From Betaproteobacteria bacterium (GTDB taxonomy: Bacteria > Acidobacteriota > Vicinamibacteria > Vicinamibacterales > CAVVIG01), in NCBI GenBank assembly GCA_050257855.1, contig JBLMXQ010000133.1:51651-115650 (forward strand): 64,000 bases of DNA, given 5' to 3'. Of the stretch, positions 60,566-64,000 are shown piece after piece. The position numbers were made by a program, and so were the translations under genes. Position 1 is the first letter of the stretch, and every line of letters begins with the position of its first letter. Below the pieces are notes generated by a model that did no database searches, was not told where the DNA came from, and saw only the letters and a list, made by a program, of their open reading frames with translations.

Positions 60566-62869
60566 ATGGCTCTGTCCCGCACCTCCGGATCACGATCGCG
60601 CGGGTCGATGCCCCCGCCGGTGGATCGACCTGACGGCGTGCGCTACGCGCTGCTGCGCACGCTGCCCGGGCGCGCCATCGTCGTCGGCGTCGTGGTGCGG
60701 ATTGCCGTCTGGCTCGTCGGTCTCGCCGCCGGCGCCGTGCCGTCGTTTCTGCGCGTCGTTGACACGGTGGCGGGGCTCGCGATCATCGCGGGCGCCGCGT
60801 ATTTCCTTTTCCGGCTCGCCGTGCTCGCCAAGCGGCGGCTGCTGTGGCGCGTCCGCCGCAAGCTGATTCTCTCCTACATCTTCATCGGCTTCATCCCGGC
60901 GATCCTCATCGTCGCGTTCTTCCTGCTGTCCGGACTGCTCCTCTTCTACAACTTCAGCTCGTACCTCGTGCAGACGCGGCTCCGGTCGCTGTCGGATCAG
61001 GCGAGGTTCTTCGCCGAGAGCACCGCGCTCGAGATCCAGCGGGGCGGGGGGCGCGACGCGGCGGCCGTGATTGCGCGCAAGCAGTCGAATGCGGCGGCCG
61101 AGTACCCCGGCGTGTCGATCGCCGTCGTCCCGGCCAGGCGCGACTGTCCCGCGACGGCGGCCACCGCCGGCGTGCTGTCGCCCGCGAGCACGATCGCGGC
61201 CGGACCGTGGGCGCACGTGGACGCGCCCCGCGAGATCCCCGGATGGATCGGCTGCGGCGGATGGTCCGGACTGCTCGCGTACACGCACTCGGCGGTTCCG
61301 GGCGCCAGCCAGCCGGATTCCCTCGTGATCGGCGGCGCCCGCGTGGCCATCGCCGGCGATCGCCAGACGGAGATGCTGGTCCGCGCCGTGGCGTTTCCCG
61401 ACGCGGCGCATCCGGCCTATGCGGTGGTCGTCGACCTGCTCGTGAGCTCGGAGCTGAAGCAGCAGTTGCGGAGCGAGACCGGCGTCCAGATGAAGGGCGT
61501 CAGCGCCGCGAGCACCGACCAGGACGTCAAGCCGCTCGAAGGCCGCGCGCCGGCGGAGCCGGCTGCCGCTCCGCCCTCCGCCAGAAGAGCCGGCCCGCCG
61601 TCGGTCAGCTTCCTCGAGTTCCGCGACTGGCAGAACGGGAAGGCCGGCACGCTCGTGGTCTCGACCGAGCTCAGCATCGCCGACATCTACAACCGCATCT
61701 CGGCCGTTCCCGGGATGAACAACCGCAACTTCGGCGAGGCGCTGCTGTTCGCGCTGCTCGTCGTCGTCGGCGGCCTGTTCCTCATCATCGAGATCGTGGC
61801 GCTCATCGCGGGCCTGGCGCTCGCCAAGTCGATCACGGGATCGGTGCACGAGCTGTTCACGGGCACCGAGCGTGTGCGCCAGGGGGACTTCACGCACAAG
61901 ATTGCGGTCAAGGCGCAGGACCAGCTCGGCGAGCTGGCCGAGTCGTTCAACTCGATGACCGCCAGCATCGAGGACCTGCTGCGCCAGGCGGCCGAGAAGA
62001 AGCGGCTCGAGGAGGAGCTGCGGATCGCGCACGAGATCCAGATGTCGCTGCTGCCGCAGGGACGCCTCGAGATGGCCGGCCTCTCGGTCACCGCGCTGTG
62101 CGTGCCCGCGCGCGAGGTGGGCGGCGACTACTACGACTTCCTGCCGCTCGGGGATCACCGCCTCGGCGTCCTGATCGCGGACGTCTCCGGCAAGGGGACG
62201 TCGGCGGCGCTCTACATGGCGGAGCTGAAGGGCCTCGTGCTGTCGCTCAGCCGCATTCACACCTCGCCTCGCGATCTGCTGGTCATGGCCAACCGGATCA
62301 TCGCGGAGCACCTCGACGCCCGCAGCTTCATCACGATGACCTACGCCGTCATCGATCTCGATGCGCGGACGATGACGTACGCGCGGGCGGGGCACACGCC
62401 GCTCATCTACGTGCCGGGGCCGGGCTGGGACGACGTGCCGATCGACGGCGGGCTCGTGGAGGGCGGCTCGGACGGGAACGGGCCCGCGGATCGGCACGCG
62501 CGCATCCTCGCGCCGGACGGTCTCGTGCTCGGGCTCAAGATCGACAACGGCGAAATGTTCGAGCGGCTGCTCCAGGAGCAGACGATTCCGCTGCACGCGG
62601 GCGACCTGTGCCTCTTCTTCACCGACGGGATTACCGAGGCGATGAACGACCGCGACGACTGCTTCGGCGAGACGCGGCTCGGCGCGATCGTCCAGGAACA
62701 CGCACACCTGCCGGCGGACGAGCTGCGGGAGCGCGTCCTGCGGGAGATCGAGGCGTTCGTGGGCGATGCCCCCCAGCACGACGACATGACGATGATTCTG
62801 CTGAAGATCGAGGAGTTCGGCGCGCCGGCCGACCAGCGGTACGCCGAGGCCGGTCACCAGGTTGCCTGA
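60566..62869 (+). CDS. Membrane sensor protein phosphatase: multi-TM / periplasmic region / HAMP / PP2C (SpoIIE-RsbU type)
   Basis: N-terminal TM helices. HAMP: ITGSVHELFTGTERVRQGDFTHKIAVKAQDQLGELAESFNSMTASI. PP2C: AHEIQMSLLP ... GGDYYDF ... VLIADVSGKGTSAALYMA ... LFFTDGITEA ... QHDDMTMILLKI. Confidence 0.85.
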   Translation: MALSRTSGSRSRGSMPPPVDRPDGVRYALLRTLPGRAIVVGVVVRIAVWLVGLAAGAVPSFLRVVDTVAGLAIIAGAAYFLFRLAVLAKRRLLWRVRRKLILSYIFIGFIPAILIVAFFLLSGLLLFYNFSSYLVQTRLRSLSDQARFFAESTALEIQRGGGRDAAAVIARKQSNAAAEYPGVSIAVVPARRDCPATAATAGVLSPASTIAAGPWAHVDAPREIPGWIGCGGWSGLLAYTHSAVPGASQPDSLVIGGARVAIAGDRQTEMLVRAVAFPDAAHPAYAVVVDLLVSSELKQQLRSETGVQMKGVSAASTDQDVKPLEGRAPAEPAAAPPSARRAGPPSVSFLEFRDWQNGKAGTLVVSTELSIADIYNRISAVPGMNNRNFGEALLFALLVVVGGLFLIIEIVALIAGLALAKSITGSVHELFTGTERVRQGDFTHKIAVKAQDQLGELAESFNSMTASIEDLLRQAAEKKRLEEELRIAHEIQMSLLPQGRLEMAGLSVTALCVPAREVGGDYYDFLPLGDHRLGVLIADVSGKGTSAALYMAELKGLVLSLSRIHTSPRDLLVMANRIIAEHLDARSFITMTYAVIDLDARTMTYARAGHTPLIYVPGPGWDDVPIDGGLVEGGSDGNGPADRHARILAPDGLVLGLKIDNGEMFERLLQEQTIPLHAGDLCLFFTDGITEAMNDRDDCFGETRLGAIVQEHAHLPADELRERVLREIEAFVGDAPQHDDMTMILLKIEEFGAPADQRYAEAGHQVA

Positions 62870-63812
62870 TCTCGTCGTCATCTTCCGGACGCATTCAGAC
62901 ATCGAGGCGAGCATCGTCCGCGGCCTGCTCGAGACGCACGGCGTCCCGTCCGTGCTTTCGTCGGACGTTCCGCACTCGGTGTTTCCGCTGACGGTCAGCT
63001 CGCTGGGCGAGGTGCGGCTCGCGGTCCACACGTCCGACGTCGACGAGGCGCGGCGGATCATCGAGAGCCACCGGACCAATCTCGACACCCGGAAGCTCGT
63101 GCGCCTGCGCGACGAGTTCGAGGCGCTGGAGCGCGCCATCGGCTACCGGTTCCGCGACCGCGGGCTCCTCGAGCATGCGATGACGCACACGTCGCGGGCC
63201 AACGAGGACGTGAGCGGCGGCGTCCTCGACAACGAGTCGCTCGAGTTCCTCGGCGACGCCGTGCTCGGCTTCGTGATCGCCGACATCATGTTCAGGGAGT
63301 TTCCCGACTTCGACGAAGGCCAGAAGTCGAAGACGAAGGCGTCGCTCGTCTCGACGGCGACGCTGGCGCGCCAGGCCGAGCGGCTGAACCTCGGCGAGCA
63401 CCTGCTCCTCGGGCGGGGCGAGGAGAAGACCGGCGGCCGCCGCAAGCAGGCGCTGCTCGCCGACGGCTACGAAGCGCTGATCGCGGCGCTCTATCTCGAC
63501 GGCGGCATCGAGCAGGCGCGCGCGTTCGTCGTCCGGGAGTTCGGCGAGCAGATCGCCCGCGTCCGCCGCCTCGGTGTCTCGGTCGAGGACTACAAGTCGG
63601 CGCTGCAGGAGCATCTGCAGTCGCACAACGTTCCCCTGCCGGAGTACCGCCTCGCCGGCACCATCGGGCCGGATCACCGCAAGCTGTTCCAGGTGGAGGT
63701 GGTCGTCGGCGGCGAGGCCGTGGCGGCGGCCAGCGGGTCGAGCAAGAAGGAAGCGGAGCAGGAAGCCGCGCGGCTCGCGCTCGAGAAGCTTCGCCTCAGT
63801 CGATCTCGATGA
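62862..63812 (+). CDS. rnc: Ribonuclease III with about 75-aa N-terminal extension (DUF2007-like small alpha/beta domain)
   Basis: RNase III signature NESLEFLGDAVLG ... ADGYEALIAALYLDGG. dsRBD: DYKSALQEHLQ ... GPDHRKLFQVEV ... GSSKKEAEQEAAR. The N-terminus VVIFRTHSDIEASIVRGLLETHGVPSVLS....VRLAVHTSDVDEARRIIES is in the same frame. The TTG start overlaps the phosphatase stop by 8 nt. Confidence 0.85.
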   Translation: MPDLVVIFRTHSDIEASIVRGLLETHGVPSVLSSDVPHSVFPLTVSSLGEVRLAVHTSDVDEARRIIESHRTNLDTRKLVRLRDEFEALERAIGYRFRDRGLLEHAMTHTSRANEDVSGGVLDNESLEFLGDAVLGFVIADIMFREFPDFDEGQKSKTKASLVSTATLARQAERLNLGEHLLLGRGEEKTGGRRKQALLADGYEALIAALYLDGGIEQARAFVVREFGEQIARVRRLGVSVEDYKSALQEHLQSHNVPLPEYRLAGTIGPDHRKLFQVEVVVGGEAVAAASGSSKKEAEQEAARLALEKLRLSRSR

Positions 63813-63999
63813 TCCCCGACGACGATGCGGCCATCGCGTACTGGTTCTCCTGCGGCGCGGGAGGCTGCGGGAGGCGCGGGAGCGCGTAGCGGTGCACCTC
63901 GCGCGCGAGGTCGTCTTCGGTCGGGGCGGTCGGACGGCAGTGCAGTCGGACCCAGACGCGCAGCAGGGGGTCGGCGAAGCTGTAGCGCTTCTGTCGCGA
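63795..63999 (-). CDS. 3' end of an unidentified gene (5' part beyond the window)
   Basis: High-GC3 minus-strand frame ...KRYSFADPLLRVWVRLHCRPTAPTEDDLAREVHRYALPRLPQPPAPQENQYAMAASSSGIIEID-stop (TGA = 63797-63795). It overlaps the rnc 3' end by 18 nt. It is absent from the ORF track because no start lies in the window. Confidence 0.4.
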
Positions 64000-64000
64000 T

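Overview
Very GC-rich bacterial chromosomal segment: third codon positions are almost always G/C, and long spurious ORFs occur in all six frames. By my count of the printed blocks it ends at 63,999. By eye it resembles an Acidobacteriota- or Gemmatimonadota-type genome, but this is a low-confidence inference.

I can support about 60 protein-coding genes, tightly packed and often with 1-13 nt start/stop overlaps. I found no rRNA, tRNA, CRISPR array, transposase or integrase.

Recognisable content:
- A c-di-GMP signalling cluster: two GGDEF cyclases, a degenerate GGDEF, a PilZ protein and a PAS/coiled-coil protein.
- A locally decayed small-gene plus radical-SAM locus.
- A complete sufA-B-C-D-S-U-T operon.
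- A 1019-aa peptidase/TolB-propeller/Omp85-like outer-membrane fusion protein.
- A pncB-archease-rtcB-deacetylase operon.
- An RpoD-like sigma factor, an HPF-CSD fusion and a CBS-pair protein.
- A translationally coupled acyl-CoA synthetase / E1alpha / E1beta / E2 / carrier-protein operon.
- ligA-polX, followed by a truncated PolX paralog.
- Stress genes: USPs, an orphan groEL, hsp20, pncA and cfa.
- treS plus a glycosyltransferase, a ClC channel and phoD.
- A five-gene LolA-like/FtsX/FtsX/ABC/beta-barrel operon.
- nhaA, ftsB, cutA, dedA, a Cys/Met PLP enzyme, a HAMP-PP2C phosphatase and an N-terminally extended RNase III.

Most interesting observations:
1. The E1/E2 module ends in a dedicated ACP and has no E3.
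2. GGCAC-N5-TTGC (sigma-54-type) promoters sit in front of at least five stress or envelope genes, with no activator gene in the window.
3. A structured 290-nt groEL/hsp20 spacer has its own promoter-like element, a small ORF with a Shine-Dalgarno sequence, and a terminator.
4. CCGANAG heptamer tandem repeats occur in two intergenic spacers.
5. The Lol-like envelope operon includes an uncharacterised barrel protein.

Everything here rests on reading the sequence and the supplied translations. No database search was run.
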